64,000 nt of DNA from a virus, in the IMG/VR virus record IMGVR_UViG_3300029561_000002, positions 1-64,000 of that record. One strand, written 5' to 3'. A program made the translations under genes and the position numbers. The notes under the pieces were generated by a model. That model worked only from the letters and a program-made list of their open reading frames with translations, was not told the DNA's origin and made no database searches. The number at the start of each line of letters is the position of its first letter. The stretch's first letter is position 1. This document shows positions 39,098-47,899 of the stretch, in pieces.

Positions 39098-39307
39098 ATG
39101 GGAAGAAACATTTATTTTACGGATAGAGAATTAAGCATGGTAAGAGACTATGTGTTTGAAGCAACTGATATTTTAGGAAATGCTTCTGATACAGCAGAAC
39201 AAGTGGACGAAGACATGGAGAATGGTCTTGGCTCTGCTTTGCGAAAATTATACAAAGGCTGTATTGGAGAATCAAAATACGCAAAGTATAAAACAAAACG
39301 AGGATAA
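39098..39307 (+). CDS. Hypothetical protein
   Basis: AAGGAGG RBS upstream. Confidence 0.4.
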   Translation: MGRNIYFTDRELSMVRDYVFEATDILGNASDTAEQVDEDMENGLGSALRKLYKGCIGESKYAKYKTKRG

Positions 39308-39351
39308 AAATATTTTTAATCCGATAGAGAATAAGTTGGAGGAGATGCAGA

Positions 39352-39549
39352 ATGCCGAAAATGCCTAAGCCAATGAAATATGATAAGATTCCCGAAACGT
39401 GTGGAACGTGTATTTATCGCAAATGGGTTCATGAGCTTCTGGATTATGCGTGCATGAATCCAGACCCAGAATTACATGGAATAGTAGTTGATTTCAATGA
39501 TTATTGCGGAGAATGGGAGGATCAACATGAAACCAGAAGAAGCAATTAA
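39352..39549 (+). CDS. Hypothetical Cys-rich protein
   Basis: GGAGGAG RBS upstream. Confidence 0.4.
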   Translation: MPKMPKPMKYDKIPETCGTCIYRKWVHELLDYACMNPDPELHGIVVDFNDYCGEWEDQHETRRSN

Positions 39550-39829
39550 AATCTTGCAGAATCGCATTGACTTAATTAATCAGGATTATTTGCATATGCC
39601 GGACCTTGTGGAATATCAGAAAGCATTGGAACGTGCAACTAAGGCATTGAAAAAGCAGATCCCGAGGAAAGTGAACAACTTGAGCAAAATATATTTTGAC
39701 TTCGGAGTAGGCAAAAAAATAAAAGTTGGTGCTTACGGTAACTGTCCAAATTGTAATTACAACATAGATATTGTTAGTAAATACTGTACTAGATGCGGAC
39801 AGAAATTAGATTGGAAAGAAGAGGAATAG
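39527..39829 (+). CDS. Hypothetical protein with C-terminal zinc ribbon
   Basis: GGGAGG RBS before the internal ATG. CPNCN..CTRCG. Confidence 0.4.
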   Translation: MKPEEAIKILQNRIDLINQDYLHMPDLVEYQKALERATKALKKQIPRKVNNLSKIYFDFGVGKKIKVGAYGNCPNCNYNIDIVSKYCTRCGQKLDWKEEE

Positions 39830-39833
39830 ATAA

Positions 39834-40727
39834 ATGGCTCAGAAGCGAATGTTTACAATGAAAATCGTTGACAGTGATGCATTCCTGGAGATGCCGTTGT
39901 CAACTCAGTGCTTATATTTTCATCTTAACATGAGAGCTGACGATGATGGATTCATTGGAAATACAAAAAGAATAATGAAAATCATAGGAGCAAGTGAAGA
40001 TGATCTGCGATTATTGATTGCAAAAAGGTTTGTTCTTACATTTGAGGACGGCGTGATTGTAATTAAGCATTGGAGAATGCACAACACTTTATCAAGAGAT
40101 CGGTATGCTGAAACATCATATACTGACGAAAAGAAAATGCTGCTTTTAAAGGACAATGGTAGTTACTCTTTGACGGGCGGAAATCCGATTGATGATACTC
40201 GGCTAATAGAACGATCAGGACGGCAGACGCAACAAAGACGCAACAAAGACGCAACAAAGACGCTCTCAGATAAAGGTTTAGATATAGATATAGAATTAGA
40301 TAAAGATAAAGATAATAATTTAATAGTATCTAAAGATACTATTCGTCAGACAGATGTCCGACGTGTTATCGAGGAATGGAACAAATTACAGGATGTTGGC
40401 ATTGCTCCTATCAGGGATATCAAACCAGCATCAAAAAGATGCCAGATGCTCAAAGGACGAATAAGAGAGTATGGCATGAACGATCTCTTAAAAGCTATGG
40501 ACAACATCCGCAACAGTGACTTCCTGAGAGGCGAAAACAAAAATGGCTGGATGATTACTTTTGACTGGTTTGTAAAACCAAATAACTTCTTAAAGGTTTT
40601 GGAGGGCAACTACAATGGGGACAGGAAACATGGATCTGGTTCAAAAACTCAAAGAAAAGTCGAACCACTTATCCCGTTCGGAACACTCGGTGATGATGGA
40701 GGATCAGACACATTGCCGTTTATGTGA
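39834..40727 (+). CDS. Phage replisome organizer / DnaD-like replication initiator
   Basis: N-terminus MFTMKIVDSDAFLEMPLSTQCLYFHLNMRADDDGF. Contains the iteron-like repeats described below. Confidence 0.6.
   Translation: MAQKRMFTMKIVDSDAFLEMPLSTQCLYFHLNMRADDDGFIGNTKRIMKIIGASEDDLRLLIAKRFVLTFEDGVIVIKHWRMHNTLSRDRYAETSYTDEKKMLLLKDNGSYSLTGGNPIDDTRLIERSGRQTQQRRNKDATKTLSDKGLDIDIELDKDKDNNLIVSKDTIRQTDVRRVIEEWNKLQDVGIAPIRDIKPASKRCQMLKGRIREYGMNDLLKAMDNIRNSDFLRGENKNGWMITFDWFVKPNNFLKVLEGNYNGDRKHGSGSKTQRKVEPLIPFGTLGDDGGSDTLPFM
40226..40263 (+). repeat. Tandem 11-bp repeat (GACGCAACAAA x3.4), iteron-like
   Basis: Three exact copies plus a partial copy, followed by an AT-rich GATA-repeat tract (40264-40345). 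Lies inside the initiator gene. Confidence 0.6.
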
Positions 40728-41466
40728 TGATTCCGGATGGGTATGGAGCCGTGATCAATACGGAGTTCCGTACTGTCAGGAGTGCTCCTGCGGTATCCGC
40801 CGAAAAATGATTCATAGAAATCAGCTTAAGTTTGCAGAGATTCCAGACATCTACAAAGATGCAATGTTTAATAATTTTCGGTCGGCGGTATATCAGCTGC
40901 CGGAGAGCCAGGAAACAATAAGGCAGGCTGCGAAAGCTGTTCGCTACTGGATAGAAAATATCGGCGATATGCAAAAGCAGGGAATTGGGCTGTATTTTTA
41001 CTCTAGCACGAAAGGTTCTGGAAAAACCCGAATGGTATGCAGCCTGGCGAATGAACTGATTGAAAAACATCAGAAACAGGTAAAGTTTTCAACGTCTATG
41101 AGGATTCTTGACGAGATCAAGTCCACATGGGGAAAAAGATACAGCCCGGGCAAAACGGAAGAACAGTTGATTGATGAACTGTCCAGAGCAGATATTCTCA
41201 TCATTGATGATTTCGGCACAGAAATTGAAAAAGACTGGGTAAATGAAAAATACTATGAAATTATCGACGGACGCTATACAAGCCGAAAAATCACGATTTT
41301 CACAAGTAATTACTGTATTTCTCGACTAAATTATGATGAGCGTATCACCAACCGGATTCTGGAGCGGTCACTTGAGATCCCATTTCCGGAAGAATCTGTC
41401 CGGGAACACATAGCGGAAACAATGAAACAACAAATGATAGCAGGTATCATGGGAGGCGGAAAATGA
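40615..41466 (+). CDS. DnaC/IstB-like AAA+ helicase loader
   Basis: Walker A STKGSGKTRM, Walker B ILIIDDFG, N-terminal Cys cluster. Overlaps the previous gene by 113 nt. Confidence 0.7.
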   Translation: MGTGNMDLVQKLKEKSNHLSRSEHSVMMEDQTHCRLCDDSGWVWSRDQYGVPYCQECSCGIRRKMIHRNQLKFAEIPDIYKDAMFNNFRSAVYQLPESQETIRQAAKAVRYWIENIGDMQKQGIGLYFYSSTKGSGKTRMVCSLANELIEKHQKQVKFSTSMRILDEIKSTWGKRYSPGKTEEQLIDELSRADILIIDDFGTEIEKDWVNEKYYEIIDGRYTSRKITIFTSNYCISRLNYDERITNRILERSLEIPFPEESVREHIAETMKQQMIAGIMGGGK

Positions 41467-41993
41467 GCAGTGCGGTGTTAAAAAGAAAATTCACAGGGAA
41501 ACCGGTAACTATGCCTTATTCAGCTGCAAAGATTGAAAGAATGCAGCGGATGTTTGATGAATCCAGAGAAAAAGTTCTGGCAGTCAGAAATGAAGAGATT
41601 GAAAAAGCGTACCAGAAAGGCAAGGAAGACGGGATCAGTAGAACCGTGAGCGCATTGAACGGAGTTGTGGAAAATGCAAGGGCGGAAGAACGCGAGAAAA
41701 GTTATAAAGACGGATGTGAAAAAGGTTTTGAAGATGGTCAAAACTGGGCTAACATCGAGAACAGCATAACTTTTCTTTTAGCATTACACGATACATATGA
41801 ATTTGGTCCAGAAGAAATAATGACAGTTGTCAGAAAAGGAAATGAATATATTCACCAGGCTAACAAAGGAAATCCGACTATTGGTCAATTGGCACGCAGG
41901 CTTAATGAACAATGCAAAATACAATTAGATAAAGACGACGTGGAACTTTTGAGAAAATTCAGCGTATTTGAAGAAGGTGATCCGTATGATTAA
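41463..41993 (+). CDS. Hypothetical protein
   Basis: ORF track; ATGA coupling. Confidence 0.45.
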   Translation: MSSAVLKRKFTGKPVTMPYSAAKIERMQRMFDESREKVLAVRNEEIEKAYQKGKEDGISRTVSALNGVVENARAEEREKSYKDGCEKGFEDGQNWANIENSITFLLALHDTYEFGPEEIMTVVRKGNEYIHQANKGNPTIGQLARRLNEQCKIQLDKDDVELLRKFSVFEEGDPYD

Positions 41994-42201
41994 GATAAGC
42001 GCAATGTACAAAGATTCCGGCGGAACAAATCCGTATCACAGATGCAATGAATGTCTGCGGTACCGGTCCGGAAAACACCCTAGATGCCTAAATTACAATG
42101 GAGATGTGGACTGGAAACCAAACTACATTGCTTGCAAATTTTTCACAGATGAAAAGGAAGATGAAATCAAAGGACAGATAGATATATTTGATTTGTTGTA
42201 A
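41986..42201 (+). CDS. Hypothetical Cys-containing protein
   Basis: Internal ATG with a GAAGGTGA RBS. Confidence 0.4.
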   Translation: MIKISAMYKDSGGTNPYHRCNECLRYRSGKHPRCLNYNGDVDWKPNYIACKFFTDEKEDEIKGQIDIFDLL

Positions 42202-42322
42202 AACGAAGTAATTGATTGACCCAAAAACGCTAGAATCCATTTTATATAAGTTTGCATAGAAATATATGCCTAAAATGTTTTAAAAGGATTTCAGGCTTTT
42301 TCATCAAAGAAAGGAGTGCGAC

Positions 42323-42430
42323 ATGAACAAAGCGTTATTACTGGCATTGAACGAACACGTATACCTTCAGGGACTAATCAGTAAAGAAATGAAAGAAAAA
42401 ATTGATATTGAAATTCTCTCTGAAAATTAA
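42323..42430 (+). CDS. Small protein (35 aa) upstream of the recombinase
   Basis: AAAGGAG RBS. Below the ORF-track cutoff. Confidence 0.3.
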   Translation: MNKALLLALNEHVYLQGLISKEMKEKIDIEILSEN

Positions 42431-42474
42431 ACCAAACTATTGAGCGGAGATGAGATTGAAGGTATAATAATCTT

Positions 42475-42489
42475 ATCTCTGCTCTTCCG
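42475..42489. repeat. Left copy of the 15-bp inverted repeat flanking the recombinase gene
   Basis: ATCTCTGCTCTTCCG is the exact reverse complement of 44254-44268. It overlaps the 3' arm of a 14-bp-stem hairpin (42444-42482). Confidence 0.8.
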
Positions 42490-42509
42490 ACCAGAAGGGA
42501 GAACGGGAC

Positions 42510-44234
42510 ATGAACGTTTATCGAACAAGAGAAGTGCTGAAAACTTGCAGCATTTTTGACTTGAAATTAAAAGTGGCTTTCTATGCAAGGGTAAGCACGG
42601 AATCAGAAGACCAACAAGTTTCTATACATCACCAGGACGAATATTACAGAAACTTCATTGCTAAAAATAAAAACTGGGTATTTGTTGGCGCGTACATTGA
42701 CAACGGAATATCGGGAATACGAACTGAGAAAAGGGACGAATTTCAACGCATGATGGCAGATGCAAAAACTGGGAAGATCGATATGATTGTAACGAAAGAA
42801 ATTACCAGATTTGCGAGAAATACGTTAGATAGTATAAGATATACAAGGGAATTGCTAATGTATGGTGTATGCGTATGGTTTCAAAATGACAACATCAACA
42901 CGATTGACGAAGATAGCGAATTAAGACTTACCATAATGTCCGGAATTGCCCAAGATGAATCAAGAAAGCTCTCCAATCGAATAAAATTCGGACATGCACA
43001 GTCGATAAAAAATGGTGTAGTCCTCGGCGCTCGAATATACGGATACATCAAAAAAGACGGAAAACTTACAATTGATCCCAAAACAGCTCCAATGGTAAAA
43101 GAGATATTTGAAAAATATTCTACAGGAGAATGGTCTACATCCACTATTGAGAAATACCTGTACAAAAAAGGATATCGAAATTACAAAGGTGGAAAACTCA
43201 GCCGAGATAATATCAAAAAGATAATCAAGAACCCGAAATACAAAGGTTATTATTGCGGCGGTAAAGTAAAAGTTGTCGATATGTTCACAAAAAAGCAAGA
43301 GTTTTTGCCAGAGGACGAATGGACAATGTACAAAGATGACGGTAACCATGTTCCACAGATTGTAGATGAATCTGTATGGGATAAAGCAAACGTTATTATG
43401 CAAACACGGAGCGATGCAATCAAATCCCACAGAACGTCTTTCAAACAAAACAATTTGTTTACCGGGTATATCTTTTGCGGTAACGATGGAGCGCCGTACT
43501 GGATGAAGCAGCACACTATAAGAGGGCGTGAAGATGCAAGATGGGTATGCAGCTATCGCATAAAAAACGGAGCGCAAAGCTGCAACTCTTTTGGTATACG
43601 TGAGAAAGAATTAAGGGCAATGCTTGCAGACCTTATCAATAAATCCGGGGATATCCAAATAGCTATTGAAAAATATATAAGTTTGGCTGAAAGGAACATA
43701 GACTTCAGCAACGATGGAGCTGAGATAAGCCGACTTAAAAACATGGTTCTTCAGTTGGAGAAAAAGAAAGACAAACTTCTCGATCTTAATCTGGATGGAA
43801 TCATAACAAACTCTGAATATCTTGAAAAAAATGAAAAATTCAAGAATGAAATCCAAGACATAAGCAATAAACTTTCCGAACTGGAATCGAAAGAAGAAGC
43901 CAATAAAGATTCCCATTTGAAATTAAAAAAAATCGGAAAGATATTAAATGATTTGCAAGGAGTTGGCCCAGAAGATATTACCAAAACGGTTCTGGGAGAA
44001 TTTTTGGACAAAATAGTAATAAATCCAAAACGCCCGCAGGAGTGCGAAATTTTGTTCTTTTTAAAGACCGGAGATGTAAAAAAAAAGTCAATAATCGAGC
44101 AGGATAAACAAGGCTGTTCTGAATACTTTTTTTTAAATAAGTTCTCAGAACGACACGCCGTATTTTACAGGAAAATCAACTATGTGGATGGATGCGAAAA
44201 GGAATTTAACTACACTTACGCATTTGCAATCTAA
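42510..44234 (+). CDS. Large serine recombinase (integrase)
   Basis: N-terminal resolvase domain (FYARVSTESEDQ..., KEITRFARN), recombinase domain, Cys cluster and C-terminal coiled coil. 574 aa. Confidence 0.85.
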   Translation: MNVYRTREVLKTCSIFDLKLKVAFYARVSTESEDQQVSIHHQDEYYRNFIAKNKNWVFVGAYIDNGISGIRTEKRDEFQRMMADAKTGKIDMIVTKEITRFARNTLDSIRYTRELLMYGVCVWFQNDNINTIDEDSELRLTIMSGIAQDESRKLSNRIKFGHAQSIKNGVVLGARIYGYIKKDGKLTIDPKTAPMVKEIFEKYSTGEWSTSTIEKYLYKKGYRNYKGGKLSRDNIKKIIKNPKYKGYYCGGKVKVVDMFTKKQEFLPEDEWTMYKDDGNHVPQIVDESVWDKANVIMQTRSDAIKSHRTSFKQNNLFTGYIFCGNDGAPYWMKQHTIRGREDARWVCSYRIKNGAQSCNSFGIREKELRAMLADLINKSGDIQIAIEKYISLAERNIDFSNDGAEISRLKNMVLQLEKKKDKLLDLNLDGIITNSEYLEKNEKFKNEIQDISNKLSELESKEEANKDSHLKLKKIGKILNDLQGVGPEDITKTVLGEFLDKIVINPKRPQECEILFFLKTGDVKKKSIIEQDKQGCSEYFFLNKFSERHAVFYRKINYVDGCEKEFNYTYAFAI

Positions 44235-44253
44235 ATAATATACAAAAGATGAA

Positions 44254-44268
44254 CGGAAGAGCAGAGAT
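44254..44268. repeat. Right copy of the 15-bp inverted repeat
   Basis: CGGAAGAGCAGAGAT begins 20 nt after the recombinase stop codon. Confidence 0.8.
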
Positions 44269-44372
44269 GTAATTTTTTGACATTTAAGTGAATATCTGAT
44301 AGTATGAAAACATACTAATGACGACATCGGTTCCAATTCCCGGAACAGGATGTCTTTTTGTGTTTTTAAGGG

Positions 44373-45050
44373 GTGATAACCATGAATCATACCGCATATG
44401 ACGTAATGAGAGAATATATGATCGAGGGAGCAGAGCTGGACGGACCATACCAGTTCCCCATGATGCCACGGTATACTGGCAGACCTGGAACGGATACTGT
44501 CGACTTCAAAGACAGCTTTGACCGGCGGATAAAGAACCATAGGGACTTGACCGTCAATTTCTATATCCATGACAACGAATTTGAGAAAATCTGGAATTGT
44601 CCGGATAAATATATTGAGCATCTAAAATGCTTCAACAGTGTGATCGCACCGGATTTCAGCATGGCAGTCGGAGAAGGCGGTATGCCATTTGCAATGAACA
44701 TCTGGCAGAAGTACCGCAACCATGCGATAGCACATTATCTGCATATGAACGGAATCCGTATAATTCCAAACGTGAACATACCGCCGGAATACTGCTATGA
44801 TTGGATTTTTGACGGAATACCGAAGAAAAGCACAGTAGCTTGCTGTACCAATGGGCGAGTGAAGTCAAAAGCATCACGACTGGAATTTTGTAATGGGTTT
44901 CAAGAGATGGTCCGGAGATTGGAGCCACTAAGAGTAATCATCGTTGGGCGGATACCACAGGAACTGCAAACAGATATAGAAATTATCAATTTCAAAAGCA
45001 GAAACCAGAAGATTAAGGACAGGGAGGGAAAATATGGGATTCTCAACTGA
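44373..45050 (+). CDS. DUF4417-like protein
   Basis: NFYIHDNEFEKIWNCPDKYIEHLKCFNSVIAPDFSM resembles DUF4417 (from memory). Confidence 0.45.
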   Translation: MITMNHTAYDVMREYMIEGAELDGPYQFPMMPRYTGRPGTDTVDFKDSFDRRIKNHRDLTVNFYIHDNEFEKIWNCPDKYIEHLKCFNSVIAPDFSMAVGEGGMPFAMNIWQKYRNHAIAHYLHMNGIRIIPNVNIPPEYCYDWIFDGIPKKSTVACCTNGRVKSKASRLEFCNGFQEMVRRLEPLRVIIVGRIPQELQTDIEIINFKSRNQKIKDREGKYGILN

Positions 45051-45186
45051 ACGATCAGCACACAACAAAGTGCGTAGAAAAAAAGACAAGACAGAGCGAA
45101 AGGTGAAAGTCCGGAAACAACGGACCACATACAAAACGAAGAATACGGCTAGGAGAAAATCCGAGGGATTAAATAAATTAAATTGA
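45034..45186 (+). CDS. Small highly basic protein (50 aa)
   Basis: AGGGAGGG RBS 5 nt upstream. Lys/Arg-rich. Confidence 0.3.
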   Translation: MGFSTERSAHNKVRRKKDKTERKVKVRKQRTTYKTKNTARRKSEGLNKLN

Positions 45187-45940
45187 TTCGTGATTTTACA
45201 CAGCCCCTCAGAAGATGCTATAGATTAATATATGCAAGATAGACAAAATGGAAATCTAGGAAAAACGGTTATTTTTGAGTTACCCCTTTTTTTAGTCATT
45301 TTTCGGACTTTTTCTATGTCTGAATATTGCAAATATTCAAGAGCCTCCAGAAATATCGTTCGTTTCACAACCGGTACGACCAATTTTATAAAAGCCTGTG
45401 GATCACCTGCGGACCGGTGCCGGGATTTTCTGGCGGTCAATAACTGATACTCTAATTTCGCCCACAACGCCCGCAAAACTGACAAGGCTAGACTTCTTCA
45501 ACCGTAATCTAATCGGCCGTTAAAAAGCCGAATAGGGCGGTTGTACAGTGGATCCAAAATAGAACATACTTTTGCCACTGTTCGGACGCTGCGCCCCGGA
45601 TCGGTGCCAGCTGCACGCGAGAGCACGACAAAAAGAGCCAGAAACGGCTATATATAATCATAATATCACCATACCGGGATTCCGTCAACCGTGAGTATTG
45701 ATTGATAAAAACGTGCAAAAACGGCTTGAAAATCAGGCAATGATAAAAATATCAATGAACGTCAAAGAGACGAAAAACGGCGAAAAAAGCAAATCAACAA
45801 CCGTATTTCCGGGCAAACAAAAGTTAAGTTGTCAAGGCACACGGCTTGTAGATAGATTTCACAAGCCTGATCCGCTCCCCAGGCCGTGAACCTGGCGCCG
45901 GACTGGATACCGGAAGAGCAGCAGAAAAAGAGCAGCGTTT

Positions 45941-46318
45941 TTACTGCTCTAAATAATTTATACATGCGACTTGTGGCAAGCCCCGGAAAAACTCAGAAAA
46001 ACCGCCGTCAGTAATATTATATTGCCGATCAAAAACCGGGATAATCTGCCCGTTTTTAAGCTCCATGCAAGACAGCTGTAAAAATCCGTCTTTTTTCGTC
46101 GACCGGTGCAAGGCGTACCGCATGACGGACGCGTCACCAGATCGCGTTGTTACCGGTGGCAGATCATACCAGATCAGCGGGACAGTACCGGAAGAAACCG
46201 CATTAAACACTTGCGCAGCGTCCTTTTTTGCGGTTGAATTGATCTTGTCAACAACGGAAAAATCACCGCTTTTTATAGCGGTGATGGTTTGCTTTTGCGT
46301 GGCTTTTCTAATTTTCAT
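45941..46318 (-). CDS. Hypothetical protein (last gene of the minus-strand island)
   Basis: AAAGGAG RBS before the internal ATG at 46318. Terminator hairpin at about 45927-45950. Confidence 0.5.
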   Translation of the reverse strand: MKIRKATQKQTITAIKSGDFSVVDKINSTAKKDAAQVFNAVSSGTVPLIWYDLPPVTTRSGDASVMRYALHRSTKKDGFLQLSCMELKNGQIIPVFDRQYNITDGGFSEFFRGLPQVACINYLEQ

Positions 46319-46472
46319 TATAATGTTCTCCTTTTGTTCTCTCCTGGTAAAATGCAATTAATGTTATTTCTATCGGTTCTTTACTGGAAAAGTAACGAAA
46401 ATTTCTAAATTTATTGAAATCATGTTCTAAGTGGTTTTCTTCGATATAGTTTATTATTTGCATTAAGTTCAT
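46308..46472 (-). CDS. Small hypothetical protein (54 aa)
   Basis: Unlisted ORF MNLMQIINYIEENHLEHDF.. that overlaps the next start. Weak RBS. Confidence 0.3.
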   Translation of the reverse strand: MNLMQIINYIEENHLEHDFNKFRNFRYFSSKEPIEITLIAFYQERTKGEHYNEN

Positions 46473-46567
46473 TTTTTTTCTTTCTTCCCTGTACCCATGG
46501 GAGCCGGGTTTTTATTAGATGCCGAAAAAGTATTGACTATTTAAGGAAAAAATGATATATTGTGATA

Positions 46568-46640
46568 GCTGGATGCTATTCGAATTTTTCGAATGCATTT
46601 TCTGGAGCGGTCTAACGTGCGTTGTTAGATCGCTTTTTTA
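46568..46640 (+). ncRNA. Candidate small RNA 0 (promoter plus intrinsic terminator)
   Basis: TTGACT (46533-38), 17 nt spacer, TGaTATATT (-10 hexamer at 46556-61). 10-bp terminator stem 46607-16/46624-33 followed by TTTTTT. Confidence 0.45.
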
Positions 46641-46693
46641 TCGGTCCATCAATTTAACTTGACTTTTCCAGCTGCATGATGTATTATGATTGT

Positions 46694-46830
46694 ATCAGCT
46701 AGCAACAGTTGCTGGTTCTTAACGTACCATGATTCCGTTGAGAGTCGCCACAGTCTACGGTGTGGTGTTGAGTTGAAAAGCATGTTTATAAGGATATGAA
46801 AAAAGGCTATTATATTTTTTGTAATGGTCT
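46694..46830 (+). ncRNA. Candidate small RNA 1 (conserved 64-nt block at 46718-46781)
   Basis: TTGACT (46659-64), 17 nt spacer, TATTAT (46682-87). The block is paralogous to 46894-46957. The 3' end is uncertain (T-run at 46829-37). Confidence 0.4.
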
Positions 46831-46873
46831 TTTTTTTATTGACTTTTTCCTGTAATCGTGCTATATTATTAAT

Positions 46874-47018
46874 CAGTAACACATGTGTTACTTTTCAACG
46901 GGCCACGATTCCGTTGGAAGTCGTTCCGATCAATGGCGAAACGTTGAGTTGAAAAATATTGTTATATATTTGCTAAAATGCAAAAAGCGGGAAGGCGTGA
47001 CAGATGTCACGCCTTTTC
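46874..47018 (+). ncRNA. Candidate small RNA 2 (conserved 64-nt block at 46894-46957)
   Basis: TTGACT (46839-44), 17 nt spacer, TGcTATATT (46862-67). Terminator GGCGTGAC/GTCACGCC (46994-47013) followed by TTTT. Confidence 0.45.
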
Positions 47019-47234
47019 ACTGTTTTCTATAATCTCTCGGTACATTCTTGCGCCGCCGTCCCATTCACTCCTGCCGTTCAAATACTCTTCGGCGGTTTCT
47101 TCGCGAACTTCTCCGGAATTTGCGAAAAGTGCAATTTTCCCGGTGCTTTTCTGCACAACCTCGGTTGCTGATAGTGTGCAAAAAGGCTCACAGCTTTCGC
47201 GGAAATTCTCCGCGCGGTCCATCAGCTCTATCAT
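47007..47234 (-). CDS. Hypothetical protein (75 aa)
   Basis: ATGA-coupled to the upstream small ORF. Same frame as track ORF 47007..47300. Confidence 0.45.
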   Translation of the reverse strand: MIELMDRAENFRESCEPFCTLSATEVVQKSTGKIALFANSGEVREETAEEYLNGRSEWDGGARMYREIIENSEKA

Positions 47235-47353
47235 TTTTTTAGCTGCGGGATTGAAAACGCTTTCAAATCCTCGTCGGTAAGTACGTTTTTCACGTACCAC
47301 TGAATATTTTTTACCGCTTCTGATTTTTTTAATAACAATTCCTCTTTTCTCAT
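47231..47353 (-). CDS. Small hypothetical protein (40 aa)
   Basis: GGAGGA RBS 7 nt before the ATG at 47353. Confidence 0.4.
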   Translation of the reverse strand: MRKEELLLKKSEAVKNIQWYVKNVLTDEDLKAFSIPQLKK

Positions 47354-47449
47354 GTTTTTTTCCTCCATTTTTGATTTATTTTATTATACCATTTTTTTGG
47401 CTGGTATTAAAGGGCCGCCGGGGAAATGCTCCCCGGTACGCTTACTGGT

Positions 47450-47818
47450 CTAATTCCTTTTTGTGAACTCTATTTCCGTGTAATTTTCTCCGGTTACCTC
47501 ATTTGCAAATGCCAGGATTCCGGCTATTGTAAAATCGAAGCGGGTAAAATCAAAACCTCTTTGCGAAAGTCTGTATTCGTAGGAACGCCCGCAACCTTCA
47601 ACGTCGTAATATGTGCCGTCGACGTGTAAGGCGTTAGGCTGTACCACTGGACAACCTTTTTTGCTTGCGTCGCGTCTTTGGTAGCTTCCAAAATCCGCGA
47701 TAACATGCAGACCGTCCAGCGTGTCAAATTCTGCGCGAACTCTGCAATTTGGAACGTCTGAGCCGTTTCTGTAGCCTGTTCCTGTGCATCCGTATTCTAC
47801 TAATACTAATTTTCCCAT
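47450..47818 (-). CDS. Hypothetical protein (122 aa)
   Basis: ORF track. GC-richer than the surrounding genes. Confidence 0.55.
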   Translation of the reverse strand: MGKLVLVEYGCTGTGYRNGSDVPNCRVRAEFDTLDGLHVIADFGSYQRRDASKKGCPVVQPNALHVDGTYYDVEGCGRSYEYRLSQRGFDFTRFDFTIAGILAFANEVTGENYTEIEFTKRN

Positions 47819-47899
47819 AATTTCCCTTTCTGGTCTGCCATCATCAGCACCGGGAGACCGTCCCGCGGTGGACGCCCCTAAAATCTGAGGCGTTTCGGC

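Noticed and set aside
39180-39368. 62-aa alternate-frame ORF overlapping 39098..39307
   Set aside because: The RBS-preceded ORF 39098..39307, and the next gene at 39352, account for the region.
40226-40263. Tandem repeat as a CRISPR array
   Set aside because: The unit is 11 bp, there are no spacers, and the repeat lies inside a coding region. An iteron-like repeat fits better. No CRISPR array was seen anywhere in the window.
47007-47300. Long version (97 aa, GTG start) of the minus-strand ORF
   Set aside because: It has no RBS. A two-gene model fits the signals better: a 40-aa ORF with a GGAGGA RBS, ATGA-coupled to a 75-aa ORF.
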